A DNA stretch of 64,000 nt from NCBI GenBank assembly GCA_963808235.1, contig CAWEEQ010000003.1, forward strand, positions 32,001 through 96,000, read 5' to 3'. Made by a program: the position numbers and the translations under genes. How positions within the stretch are numbered: the first letter of the stretch is position 1; each line of letters begins with the position of its first letter. The notes beneath the pieces were generated by a model. The model had not been told where the DNA came from. It did no database searches and worked only from the letters and a program-made list of their open reading frames with translations. Positions 1-13,006 of the stretch are shown one piece after another. This stretch comes from an uncultured delta proteobacterium. Its GTDB lineage: Bacteria > Desulfobacterota > Binatia > Binatales > Binataceae.

Positions 1-44
1 CCGTCGATCGCGTCGAAGCCGTGAAGAACGCCGAAGTGTCATGA
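1..44 (+). CDS. 3' end of an upstream gene (truncated by window)
   Basis: Open frame ...VDRVEAVKNAEVS ends in TGA at 42-44 with an ATGA overlap on the next start. Confidence 0.5.
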   Translation, partial: VDRVEAVKNAEVS

Positions 45-949
45 ATCCCGACCTTTCGGTGATCATTCCGACCTATAACAGGCGCGCGATGGTGCGCGAG
101 GCGATTGAGTCGGTGCTCGCGCAGACAGTCGCGCCTTTCGAGCTGATCGTCGTCGATGACGGCTCCTCCGATGGCACAATCGAAGACTTGGCGCTGCTTG
201 GCGATTCGATTCGCCTCGAGCGCATCGCGAATCAGGGGCCTGCGGCGGCGCGGAATCGTGGCGTGGCGATTGCGCAAGCGCCGCTGATTGCGTTTCTGGA
301 TTCCGACGATCTATGGTCGCCGACCAAGCTCGAGCGCCAGCTCGAGTTCATGCGCGAGAATCCCGCCTGTGAAATTTCGCAGTGTGACGAAATCTGGATT
401 CGAAACGGGCGGCGCGTGAATCCCGGCGTACGCCATCGTAAGCGCGCGGGCGATTTTTTTGTAGAGTCGCTTCGCACCTGCCTCGTCAGTCCGTCGGCAG
501 TGTTGATGCGGAAGCGACTGTTCGATTCAGTCGGCGGATTCGACGAGGACATGTGCGCCGCGGAAGACTACGACCTGTGGCTCCGAATTCTCATCGACAA
601 TGAAGTCGGCCTGCTCGATGAGCCGCTGGTGACGCGCCGCGGGGGGTATCTCGATCAACTCTCGGCGACCACGCCGGCGATCGATCGGTTCCGGATTCTG
701 GCGCTTACGAAACTGCTCGGCGACGATCGGCTCGATTCTGAGCGGCGGGCCGCGACGACGGAGGTGCTGGCCGAGAAGTGCCGCATCTATGCGGCCGGAC
801 TGCTGCGACGCGGCAGAATCGATGCGGCGCGACTGTACGAGTGGGTCGCTGAACGAGCGGCAAGCTGGCAGGCGCGGGCGATTCCCGAAATCGGGTGTGC
901 GATTAAATCGATGCGCCGGATGCTTCGCGAGATTCCGCATGAAAGCTGA
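41..949 (+). CDS. Glycosyltransferase family 2 (GT-A fold)
   Basis: SVIIPTYNR, VVDDGS, AARNRG, FLDSDD and EDYDLW motifs. Confidence 0.93.
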   Translation: MNPDLSVIIPTYNRRAMVREAIESVLAQTVAPFELIVVDDGSSDGTIEDLALLGDSIRLERIANQGPAAARNRGVAIAQAPLIAFLDSDDLWSPTKLERQLEFMRENPACEISQCDEIWIRNGRRVNPGVRHRKRAGDFFVESLRTCLVSPSAVLMRKRLFDSVGGFDEDMCAAEDYDLWLRILIDNEVGLLDEPLVTRRGGYLDQLSATTPAIDRFRILALTKLLGDDRLDSERRAATTEVLAEKCRIYAAGLLRRGRIDAARLYEWVAERAASWQARAIPEIGCAIKSMRRMLREIPHES

Positions 950-1515
950 TCGGCTCGACGCGGGAATACGCGCTGAGATCCGTATGCTGGCGGAGCGCAG
1001 ACGCGCTGCCCGCACCGCATCTCGAACGATGGCTCGCGATGGATGACGCATCGGGCAGCGCGTTGCTGGCGATCGCGCGCAATCTCGGGCTCAGGACCGG
1101 GCAAATCGTAAGCGGGCTTGAGCTGCTCGAGGAAATAGCGGTGCGCGAGCGGACTACGGTGGCCGCGGTTCTTGGCCGCGATGATATTCGCGGGATCGCA
1201 AACAGGGCGCGGCTCTGCGCCGTCGCGCGCGAGCGCGTTTATCGAAGCGCTTAGGCAGATTCGATTTCCCAGGCTCCAGAAAACGCAAACGCGCTGCGCG
1301 CCGAGATCGCGGCGCTCAAGCTGCCAGGCCGCATATCGGTAGACTTGCCGAAGGATCTTGGCTCTGATGAGCTTGCGATTTCGATGCGGGTGCGGAGCGC
1401 TGACGAACTGGGCAAACTGGTCGCAGCGCTGAATCGATCGAGTGAGGGCCTCGCGCGGATAGTCGAGATGCTTGGCGGCGGATCGCCCGGCGACGATGCT
1501 GAAGATGAAATTTGA
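939..1515 (+). CDS. Hypothetical helical protein, interrupted by about 3 apparent frameshifts
   Basis: Frames join as MKADRLDAG...ERRR / LPAPHLERWLAMDDA...IANR / GSAPSRASAFIEALRQIRFPRL / LRAEIAALKLPGRISV...DAEDEI*. It overlaps both neighbouring genes. Confidence 0.6.
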
Positions 1516-2621
1516 TCTTGATGGGGTATTTATCGAGCGTGGATGCGCCGACTCGGCGTTGGCCGAGCGCGTAGTGCGATCGATTCCGGCGGGCGTGCCG
1601 GTGAATCATGTTGACGACGCGCGCGAAGTCGCGAAGCCGGCGCGTCACGCTATCGATCCGTTCGGCGCGGGCAAGCGGCGGATGATTATCGCGCGGCGCA
1701 AGACTCCGTTCCTGATGGCGTGTCCGGCGGGATCGTCAAAATTTGCATGCTGCGGATACCTGGTTCTGACGCTCGCGTCGAACTGCCCGATGGACTGCTC
1801 GTACTGCTTCCTGCAGGAATACCTGGCAGACAATCCTGGCTTCCAGGTCTACGCGAATTTTGCCGATTCGTTCGATGAGCTGGACCGGCTGGTGGAAAGC
1901 GCGCCCGGGCGAAGCTTCCGGGTCGGCACCGGGGAGCTTGCGGATTCGCTCGCGTTCGACTCGATCACTGGGATCAGCCGCGAGCTGGTCGAATTTTTCG
2001 CCGCGCGCGAAAGTCTGACCCTGGAACTCAAGACCAAGACCGATGAAATTGAAAATCTGATCGGCCTGGACCCGCGCGGGCGCGTGCTGGTTTCGTGGAC
2101 GCTCTCGTCCGACGCGGTGTATCGGAGCTCGGAGAATCGCACTGCGTCTCCCTCGGCGCGAATCGCGGCCGCGCGAGCGGTGCTCGATGCCGGCTACCGG
2201 GTGGCGTTTCATTTCGATCCGCTGATCGCGTACCCGGGCGCGGAGCGCGACTACGCCCGACTGATCGACGAACTGCTCGACAGCGTGCCCGCGAAAAAAA
2301 TTGCGTTCATCAGCATGGGGGGATTGCGGATGACACCGCGATTGCGCGGCATTGCGCGCGATCGATTTCCGCGCGATCCGATGCTGTGTAATGAAGACGT
2401 GCTCGCGAGCGACGGGCGCTTTCGCACCTTTACTCCGCTGCGGCTGAAGCTTTATCGCACCCTCGCCGAGCGATTTCGCAAAGCCGGCGCCGAAATTCCA
2501 TCGTACTTGTGTATGGAACCGGCGAGCATCCATGAGCGCGTCTTTGGCGAGAGCTCCATCGCGACCGAGCATGATCGGCGAGCGGCTTGCGACGAGCGGT
2601 GAGCCGGTTTCATCCAGATGA
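1505..2621 (+). CDS. Spore photoproduct lyase (SplB)-like radical SAM protein
   Basis: CxxxCxxC (NCPMDCSYC), GTGELADSL, LELKTK, FHFDP and YLCME motifs. The tracked stop is 2602; correcting an indel near 2552 gives an ATGA overlap with murI. Confidence 0.85.
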
Positions 2622-3497
2622 AGAAAAAAAAGAAAGCCGGGACGCGCGCCACGAAGATCGCGGCGTCCAACGGGCGGATCCGAAAAGTCGCGGCGCCGAT
2701 CCGCAAACGATCGTCCGATCGGAGTTTTCGATTCCGGCATCGGCGGGCTCACGGTGCTGAAGGCGCTTACCGACGCGCTCCCGGGCGAGGACTTTATCTA
2801 CCTTGGCGATACCGCGCGGCTGCCTTACGGCACCAAATCCAATGAAGTGATAATCCGCTACTCGAAAGAGAACACCGAGTTCCTGCTCGCCAAGGGAATC
2901 AAGATGCTGGTGGTGGCGTGCAACACTTCGAGTGCGGTTGCGCTCGATGCGATCGCGTCGGACACGATGGTGCCGGTGGTCGGAGTGATCGAGCCGGGTG
3001 CGCGCGCAGCGGTGAAGGCCTCGCGCAATGGGAAGATTGGAGTGATCGGCACTGAGGCGACGATCGCGTCGGGCGCGTACACGCGCGCGATACAGCGACT
3101 CGGTGCTAAATCTGAAATCTACACGCGCGCGTGTCCGCTGCTGGTGCCGCTCGCGGAGGAAGGATGGATCGACAACGAGGTCGCGGAGCGGACGGTCGCG
3201 CACTATTTGGAAAGCCTGAAGCAAAGCGGAATCGACACGCTGCTGCTCGGATGCACGCATTATCCGTTGCTGCGCGCGATGTTCGCGCGGGTGCTCGGCG
3301 TGAGCGTGAAGATCGTCGACTCCGCGACTGCGACCGCATCGGAGGTGCGCGAGCGGTTGCGGACCCTCGAGCTTGCGAGACGCGGCGGTGCCGGCAGTCA
3401 AAGTTTTTTCGTCACCGAGACGCCGGATCGCTTTGTGCGAGTAGGGCGCAGGTTCCTTGGGCCGCAAGTCGAGTCGGCGGTGCGAATCGAGCGCTAG
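2618..3497 (+). CDS. murI: Glutamate racemase (frameshift in A8 run near 2624-2631)
   Basis: PIGVFDSGIGGLTV lies in frame upstream of the tracked ORF; PYG, ACNT and LGCTHYP catalytic motifs present. Confidence 0.95.
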
Positions 3498-3646
3498 GTC
3501 AGCGGATAGACCCTCTCGTTTCGTGGCGATTTCAGGGTAAGATAATTTCCAGCTTAACCTGTGGAGTCGTGTCATCGGTCAGACCGCCCTGCTGCGGCTC
3601 GCCCCTCAACTAATCGAAAACTCGCCCCGCAAACTGCGCATATAAG

Positions 3647-6322
<2,676 letters not shown>

Positions 6323-6331
6323 CGCATTCGG

Positions 6332-7529
6332 ATGAAAGTTGATCTCGAACCCGCGCTGGTGGGTGGATTTCGTTTCGCCGGCGTCAGCGCGGGATTGAAG
6401 ACTGCGGAGGGCGCGCTCGACTTGGGCCTGATCGTCGCCGATCGACCTGCGTCGGCAGCGGCGGTGTTCAGTGCGAATCGGGTGAAGGCTGCGCCGGTGT
6501 ACGTTACTGCGGAGCGCGATCAAGTCGGGGCGGCTGCGAGCGGTGGTCGCGAATTCCGGATGCGCGAACAGCTTTACAGGCAAGGCCGGGATGCGTCTTG
6601 CGCGCGAGTCGTGCGCGGAAGTCGCACGCCTGGTCGGATGTGCGCCGAAACTGGTGGTGCCGTCGTCGACCGGCGTGATCGGACATCTATATGATTTCGC
6701 GAAGTTCAAGGCTGGAGCAGCCGAAGCCGCGCGATCGATCCGTGAAGACGGGCTTGGCGATTTTGCGCGCGCGATCATGACGACCGACACGCGGCCCAAA
6801 ATCGCCTCGACGACATTCAAAGCGGGCGGCGCGACGATCACGCTCGCGGGGGCAGCAAAAGGAGTCGGGATGATTTCGCCGAAGATGGCGACCATGCTCG
6901 CCTACCTGATGACCGACGCGGCGATCGCTCCCGCGGTGCTTCGACGATCGCTCAAGGCTGCGTTGCCCACCAGCTTCAACGCGATCACCGTCGACGGGGA
7001 CATGTCCACCAACGACACGGTAATAATCATGGCGAGCGGCGCCGCAGGAAATCGCGCGCTCAGCGCTCGCGAGCAGGCCGGATTCGATCGAGCGGTCGAG
7101 GAAGTCTCGGCGGCGCTCGCGCGCGAACTGGTCCGCGACGGCGAGGGAGCGACCAAGCTCGTCACCGTGGAGGTTCGCGGCGCGCGATCGACTGCTGATG
7201 CGGAACGCGCGGCGCGGCAGATCGCGAACTCGCCGCTGGTGAAGACGGCGTTCTTCGGAAACGATCCGAATGTTGGACGAATCCTTATGGCGGTGGGATC
7301 GTCGGGCGCGTACGTGGAATCAGAACGGCTGGTGCTGTGGATCGGCGGGATCAAAGTTGCCGCGAGCGGACGGCTGCTGATCGAAGCGCTCGACGCGGCG
7401 GGTGCGAAGATGCGCGAGCGCGAATTTGCGGTGCGGCTAGACTTGCGGCTGGGCAAATCGAGCGCGACGATCCTCACCTGCGATCTCAGCTACGACTACG
7501 TTCGAATCAACGCGGAGTACACAACCTGA
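6332..7529 (+). CDS. argJ: Ornithine acetyltransferase ArgJ (frameshift near 6517)
   Basis: NSGCAN, STGVIG, IMTTDT, GMISPKMATML, DGDMSTND, RDGEGATK and YVRINAEYTT; the N-terminus is in the 6332 frame. Confidence 0.96.
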
Positions 7530-7548
7530 CGCGCGGAGGTAATGCGAG

Positions 7549-7854
7549 GTGGCAAGCTTCATCAAAGTTGCGAGCGTGACGGAAGTTCCCGAGGGCGGCG
7601 GCATGACCGTCGAGGCGGCAGGCCGTCAGATCGCGCTGTTCAACGCCGGCGGAAAATTTTTTGCGATCGACAATACCTGCAAGCATCGCGGCGGCCCTCT
7701 CGGAGAAGGAGAATTGGACGGCACGACGGTGACATGCCCGTGGCATGGATGGGAGTACGACATCACGACGGGCGTGAACCTGGACGACGCGAGCGTCAAG
7801 CTCGGATGCTACCCGGTGAAGGTCGAGGGCGACGACATATTGATCGAAGCGTGA
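7549..7854 (+). CDS. Rieske [2Fe-2S] ferredoxin (NirD/dioxygenase ferredoxin-like)
   Basis: CKHRG...CPWHG motif; GGAGG RBS upstream. Confidence 0.93.
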   Translation: MASFIKVASVTEVPEGGGMTVEAAGRQIALFNAGGKFFAIDNTCKHRGGPLGEGELDGTTVTCPWHGWEYDITTGVNLDDASVKLGCYPVKVEGDDILIEA

Positions 7855-7885
7855 GCGCGATGCGTCGCGGCGGGATCGACGCGGA

Positions 7886-8611
7886 TCATCTATGCGCGGC
7901 GAAGAGGCGGCCGGCGGCATAAGTGACGCCGGCGGCGGCGATCCCGGTGAGCATGCTCTCAAGACCGCTGCGCCACCATGAGCGGCTGGTGATAATCGTT
8001 TTCAGAGCGCCAACCGCGAACAGAACGACGACGGTCGAGATCGCGGAGACCAGGATGCCTTCGACCGGCTCGAAAAAAATGTACGCCCACACCGGCACAA
8101 ACGCGCCTAACAGGTATGAACATCCGACCGCGAAGGCGGAGCGCAGAGGACGATCGAAGGATTCCTCGTTGAAGCCGAGTTCCTCGCGCATCATCACGTT
8201 GCTCCATCGCTCGGGATCGGCGGTGATGTGCGCGACGATCTGTTCCAGCAGCGGCCCGGCGAACCCCTTGTTTCGGTAGATGGTGCTGATTTCCTCGCGC
8301 TCGCGCTCGGGCCATCGCTCGATCTCGTCGCGCTCGCGCTCGATCTCGCTTTGGTAAAACTCGACCTGCGAGCGCGCGGAGATAAACGCCGCCAGGCCCA
8401 TCGCGACTGCTCCGCCGAGCATCTCGGACAAGCCCGCCATCATGGCTGCGTTGCCCGTCGTGAACGCACCGGCGACGCCCGAGGTGACTGCGAACGAGGC
8501 GACCAGTCCGTCGTTCAGCCCGAGCATCACGTCCCGCACCCACGGTCCGCCTGCGGCGTGAACCTGCTCGGTATGATGATCGTATTCGCGGCTGCGGATG
8601 GAGAGAGCCAT
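7886..8611 (-). CDS. VIT1/CCC1 family iron/manganese transporter
   Basis: Starts MALSIRSRE; RDVMLGLNDGL, AMG and MMREELG motifs with several TM helices. The tracked 516-aa ORF is a false fusion. Confidence 0.9.
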   Translation of the reverse strand: MALSIRSREYDHHTEQVHAAGGPWVRDVMLGLNDGLVASFAVTSGVAGAFTTGNAAMMAGLSEMLGGAVAMGLAAFISARSQVEFYQSEIERERDEIERWPEREREEISTIYRNKGFAGPLLEQIVAHITADPERWSNVMMREELGFNEESFDRPLRSAFAVGCSYLLGAFVPVWAYIFFEPVEGILVSAISTVVVLFAVGALKTIITSRSWWRSGLESMLTGIAAAGVTYAAGRLFAAHR

Positions 8612-9436
8612 CAGGAGACTCCTCTTATCGGTGATACGGCCGCACGATCTCGCGACGCAGCACCACGAATCTTCCGCCGATCGATTACTGCGCGCGAGGC
8701 CAAAATTTCGGCAACTATTTTTCGCGCCTCGGCACGGGCCGGGCGCTTGCCCAGGTAGGCGTACAGAAAATCGAGTCGTGCGGCGCGGCACAAGAATCGT
8801 CCGATGCTGCGATCGAGATGCACGAGATTCGCAACTCGGCGCTTCCACGAGACGGTCGCGGCGCGGCGAAAATCCTCGAGGTCGATGAAGTAAACCTTGA
8901 ACCCGCCGGCGCCGTCGTCGTCGACCATGATATTGGTTTCTTGCAAATCGAGCGTGTACAGCCCCGAGTCGTGCAATCGCCGCACTTCCTTCGCGACCGT
9001 ATCCGAGATGCGTTTGCGCCGGCTGAACGTCGCGCCCCTTGATCTCGTTCGGGCCGAGCGCGAAGCGGCTCAGCGTATCGGCGGCGGGGATCGCGCGGCT
9101 CAAAACGTACGAGGCGCGAATCGCGCCGAAGCGATACGAATCCATCGCGGCGAGCGGCTCCGGATGCGCGAAGCCGCGTGCGGAGAGCATCGCGGCGCCG
9201 GCGAGCGATCGTGCGGCGCGCGAACCGCGGATTCGCGCATAGATCCCGCGAAGCCATGAAGGGATTTCGACGCGCTTGATAAAGACCGGATCGGCGCCGC
9301 GCTGATCGATGAATCCGGCCATCGTCCTGCCTTCTGATTTCACCGCGCGAAATTGTGGCGAAGCGATCGACTCGTCCGCGCGCTCGATCATCGTGCGCCA
9401 CTCGGACGAGCGCGCATAAAGGACGACGCTACGCAT
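8611..9436 (-). CDS. Lipopolysaccharide kinase (Kdo/WaaP/InaA family), frameshift near 9027
   Basis: VFIKR, PEPLA, LHDSGLYTLDLQETNIMV and YFIDLED kinase-like motifs split over two frames. Confidence 0.8.
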
Positions 9437-9478
9437 CGTCGCTACAGCTTATCCGTTCCGCGCCCTTATCGCACCGAT

Positions 9479-9925
9479 TTATAGCTGCTTCACAGGGCCG
9501 GACTTAGGCTCGACGATAAGCGAGCCGCCGACGTGCGCCGGATGCAACTGGCATGAGTACGGGAAAACGCCCGGCTTATCGGCAACGAAGGTGATTGTTT
9601 TCGGAGTGCCGCGCGTCACGACTTCGGTGACGTTATATGCCGGGATCGTAAATCCGTGCTGATTCGAAGCGCCCGGCACATTGTTGATTAGCGTGAGCTT
9701 CACCTTGTCGCCCTGTTCGACGGCGATTGCGCTGGGCAGCCAGAACTTCGTGCCGTCTACTTCGACCGAGACCACCGTGAAGCTGCGCGTACCCGGCTCG
9801 TCCGCGGGCGCCGCGGCTGCGGATGGTGCAGCGCCTTGTGCGTATGCGTTGTGAGTGATGCTCGGAAACATGAAGGCCGCGGCGGCGACGATCATTGCCA
9901 GAGTTGCGAAGATTGCCTTGCTCAT
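9479..9925 (-). CDS. Secreted cupredoxin-domain protein
   Basis: Signal peptide MSKAIF..., HGF and YSCQLHPAH copper-site motif; AAGGAG RBS. Confidence 0.85.
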   Translation of the reverse strand: MSKAIFATLAMIVAAAAFMFPSITHNAYAQGAAPSAAAAPADEPGTRSFTVVSVEVDGTKFWLPSAIAVEQGDKVKLTLINNVPGASNQHGFTIPAYNVTEVVTRGTPKTITFVADKPGVFPYSCQLHPAHVGGSLIVEPKSGPVKQL

Positions 9926-9976
9926 CGAGATTTTCTCCTTGATATGCGGGAAGTTTTTCGTGTGCATGGGAAAAAT

Positions 9977-10996
9977 TCAGCCGTTAAATCGCCTTGCCAG
10001 CTCTTGCCATTCTTTGTCGTCGGTTCCGGCGCGGTACGGGATGTAGAAGGCGATGCGATCGAGCAGGCCGTCGTAGCGCTCTCTCACCTTGTCCGCGATG
10101 TCGTCGAACGTGCCGGAGATCGTGTACACGTCGAGCATCTCGTCGGTGATCTCTTTGGCCATCTCGGCCCATTGGCCTTTGGCAGCCTTCTCATTGAGCC
10201 GCTGCGCCGCGTCGCCCCATCCGTGGGTATCAAGCACGACCTTGTAGGTGCGGGTGGATGCGTAGAAGGAGATTTGCTGGCGGACGGCTTCGCGGGTTTT
10301 TTTGATTTCTTCCGGAGTGCGGCCGACGATCACGAACGCCGTCGATTGGATTTCAAAGTCCTTGCGCGAGCGGCCCGCCTTCTTGAGGCCTTTCTCGACG
10401 TTGGGAAGCACGAATTCGCGGAGATACTTTGGCGAATTGAATGGATGCGCATGCAAGCCCTCGCAGGTCTCAGCTGCGAGGCGAATGATGTGCTCGTTGA
10501 CGCCGGCGATATGAATCGGAACATTCGGAAAATTATGTTTCGAGGGGGTGAAGAACGGCGTCATCAGCGAGAAATTGTAGAACTTGCCCTGGAACGAAAG
10601 CTTCGCGCCGCCTTCCGACCAGCATTTGAAGATTGCGCGCAGCGCACCGATGTACTCGCGCAGGCGCGGGACCGGCGCTTCCCATTTGGTGCTGTAGCGT
10701 CGCTCGATGTGACCCTTGACCTGGGTGCCAAGGCCCAGGATGAAGCGGCCCTCGGACAGGCCGGCGAGATCCCAAGCGACGCCGGCGGTGATCATGGGGC
10801 TGCGCGGGAACGCGATCGCGACCGAGGTGCCCATCTTGATCCGTTTGGTGTGCTCGGCGATCAGAGCCGCGGGGAGAAAGCCGTCGTTGCCGGCCTCGGG
10901 AATCCAGACCGCATCGAATCCGGCCTGCTCGGCGGCGCGAGCGGCGGCGGGAACGTCGCGCAGAGTTCGAGTCGAGAGACCGGTGTCGAGCTTCAT
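9977..10996 (-). CDS. LLM-class (probably F420-dependent, TIGR03617-like) oxidoreductase
   Basis: AIAFPRSP, GRFILGLGTQVKGHIERRY and FYASTRTY motifs. Confidence 0.9.
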   Translation of the reverse strand: MKLDTGLSTRTLRDVPAAARAAEQAGFDAVWIPEAGNDGFLPAALIAEHTKRIKMGTSVAIAFPRSPMITAGVAWDLAGLSEGRFILGLGTQVKGHIERRYSTKWEAPVPRLREYIGALRAIFKCWSEGGAKLSFQGKFYNFSLMTPFFTPSKHNFPNVPIHIAGVNEHIIRLAAETCEGLHAHPFNSPKYLREFVLPNVEKGLKKAGRSRKDFEIQSTAFVIVGRTPEEIKKTREAVRQQISFYASTRTYKVVLDTHGWGDAAQRLNEKAAKGQWAEMAKEITDEMLDVYTISGTFDDIADKVRERYDGLLDRIAFYIPYRAGTDDKEWQELARRFNG

Positions 10997-11059
10997 GGCT
11001 TTCTCACTTTTCCTTCTCCGCTATCGAGTCAGCTATAGGCGCGCGGATCGTAACAAAGC

Positions 11060-11203
11060 TCGCGGCCAACTGGAAAGGGCCGACGCCTTTCGTAGCAGAC
11101 CGACCAGACCGCTGCGCGCGGGGCGGGGGCACCCTCACCCGCGCGGCGCGGCCTCTCCCGCAACACAGCGGGCGAGGCGGGTAAGCAGTGGCTCCGGCCG
11201 CGA
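11060..11203. repeat. Multi-hairpin intergenic element containing a BoxC/REP-like palindrome
   Basis: Closing stem tcgcggcc/ggccgcga and internal hairpins; the ccctcaccc...cctctcccg...gggcgagg core is shared with 12512 and 13499. Confidence 0.55.
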
Positions 11204-11484
11204 CATCCTGACCCGGTGACCCCTGCACCCACCGACCATTCAATCGCAAAGCAGCCCACAGAGCGCGGACGGCATTTTGCTCTCGGTCGGGAAAGGTAGT
11301 CTCCGCATTTGTTGGCTGGGACTATCAGATGTTTTTGCAGATGTTTTTGCTGTTGCAGATGCTTCATTCCTTATGCACAGAGGACAGAATGCCACGGGTT
11401 TTTGCTTTGCGTAAGGCTGAACAGTTCAGCCCTACCAATATGGCAGTCTGTCCGGAATAGGCCAGCAACGGCGCGGGTTTATTA

Positions 11485-12302
11485 TCACGCGGGAGCGCGT
11501 TTTCCGAGCAGATCGAGGACGCGTTGCGGGTAATCGCTGATGATTCCGTCGACGCCCATGTCGAGCAGTTGCACCATCTCGGATTCCTCGTTGACCGTCC
11601 AGACGTGGATTTCGATTCCGATGCGATGCGCGAACTCGACGCTTTCGGGCGTGACCAGCGGCCAGGAATTATACTCGCGCGGGATTTGGAGTGCGGCGCC
11701 GGGCGGCCGATATTTCGTTTCGTTGCCGCCCGCGACCATCGCCTGCATAAAGAGCCCCGATTCGAGATACGAAAAGTTGGTCGGGATGTCCGGCGCGAGC
11801 TTGCGGACCTCGTCGAGCGGCTCCTGATGCTCGCTGGCGACGAGCACATTGCGATGCATCCCGGCGCATCGATCACATCGAGCATCGGAGCAACGATGCT
11901 CGGCGCGATCTGCTTGACTTCGACGATAACCCGAAGCTTCGGAAATTCCGCGAACACGTCGGCGAGCCGCGGTATCCTGATGCGTTTGTCGCGGAATGGA
12001 AACGTCGTGCCGCCGTCGAGCGTGAACATCCGCCCAGCATCGGCCGCGGCAACTTCGGCGTAGGTCATCTGCGGGATGGTGCGATCGAGTCCGCACATCC
12101 GCGCCAGATGATCGTCGTGCGCCACAACAATCTCGCCATCGCGGGTCATGTGGATATCAAGCTCGATATACGGCGCGCCCATCGCAGCGGCGGCACGAAA
12201 TGATTCGAGCGTGTTCTCCGGATGGGTGCCCGCACTACCGCGATGCCCGAATACTCGCGGGAGCGGAGATTTGAAGAAGTCGGTGTCGATGTGATTGGGC
12301 AT
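11485..12302 (-). CDS. Glycerophosphodiester phosphodiesterase (frameshift near 11867)
   Basis: GHRG, PENTL, ELDIH and HDD in one frame; HVWTVN and GVDGIISDYP in the other. Confidence 0.9.
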
Positions 12303-12438
12303 CTTATGGTTTTAATCCGGGAGCGCATTATCCGCAAAGGAGTGAAAGCGAGGGAGGAGGATGAGGATACCGAAACCTCCCGCAGGTTTCGGACTTCCCG
12401 TCTTGTCTATACTTGGGAAAATACAAGGATGCGGCGCG

Positions 12439-12465
12439 GAGCCTGCCCTGAGCGAAGCCGAAGGG
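12439..12465. repeat. REP-like palindrome (cctgagc...cgaagg family)
   Basis: gagcctgccctgagcgaagccgaaggg; reverse-oriented relatives near 13384, 13570, 13972 and 14194. Confidence 0.65.
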
Positions 12466-12504
12466 CGCCTGTTAGAAGTTTTAGGTGAGGAGGTTGTGCT
12501 GATT

Positions 12505-12616
12505 CTGGATTCCCTCGCCCGTTCGTCGGGAGAGGGCTAGGGTGAGGGACCTTTGTGGCGCGATTGTCTGGTGCGCCGCACAAGATCTCGCGTCCCTCGC
12601 GGCAGACCTTCCTTCG
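12505..12616. repeat. Left arm of ~110-bp imperfect inverted repeat (BoxC-like core)
   Basis: Reverse complement aligns to 13430-13545 (cagacaatcgcg...gtccctcaccc.agccctctccc). Confidence 0.8.
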
Positions 12617-12676
12617 GCTTTGCGTGCCCGTGCGGTTTCGTGACGCGCCCGCGCTGATACCGGAAAACTGCGGCGG

Positions 12677-13000
12677 CTACTCTTCGTTGAAGCGGGGATC
12701 GTCTGGCGACACACATTTCATCTGACGCGAGGCTTCAAATGCGGCGACAGTTTGGTCGTTAAGGTTTGCGTCCATCCTTGCCGCTGTCTCAAACGAATCT
12801 TCTTCAGAATCGCGAAACTTTATCTGCGACTTTTGCCTTGCCTTTTCGCAGTCAACAGTTGAACCGAAACTACCGCGAATTTGCCATTGCTGGATCGGAG
12901 TTTGCGAATCGACGAACGCCTTGCCACCGTCTGTGGACACGGGCGGCATCATCAAGTACCAGCCCACAAGCGCAAGCGCGGCAGCGTGGCGAGGGTTCAT
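12677..13000 (-). CDS. Small secreted protein, RHAAALALVGWYL family
   Basis: Shares N-terminus, two Cys and C-terminal C..DDPR with the adjacent paralog. Confidence 0.8.
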   Translation of the reverse strand: MNPRHAAALALVGWYLMMPPVSTDGGKAFVDSQTPIQQWQIRGSFGSTVDCEKARQKSQIKFRDSEEDSFETAARMDANLNDQTVAAFEASRQMKCVSPDDPRFNEE

Positions 13001-13006
13001 AACGAT

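Noticed and set aside
2618-2640. Programmed frameshift or phase variation at the A8 run of murI
   Set aside because: A homopolymer indel in a window with many other indels; sequencing error is the simpler explanation
7886-9436. Apparent 516-aa kinase-VIT1 fusion protein
   Set aside because: An extra base near 9027 shifts the kinase into the VIT1 frame. The true kinase C-terminus is in ORF 8611-8985, and VIT1 has its own RBS and ATG
11060-11260. Cobalamin riboswitch or SRP RNA
   Set aside because: Only agccactg matches; the B12 box and the SRP tcagg..ggaag.agcag motif are absent
12497-12513. gctgattctggattc resembles the tmRNA 5' end
   Set aside because: It runs directly into a BoxC-like repeat, with no tag ORF or tRNA-like 3' end
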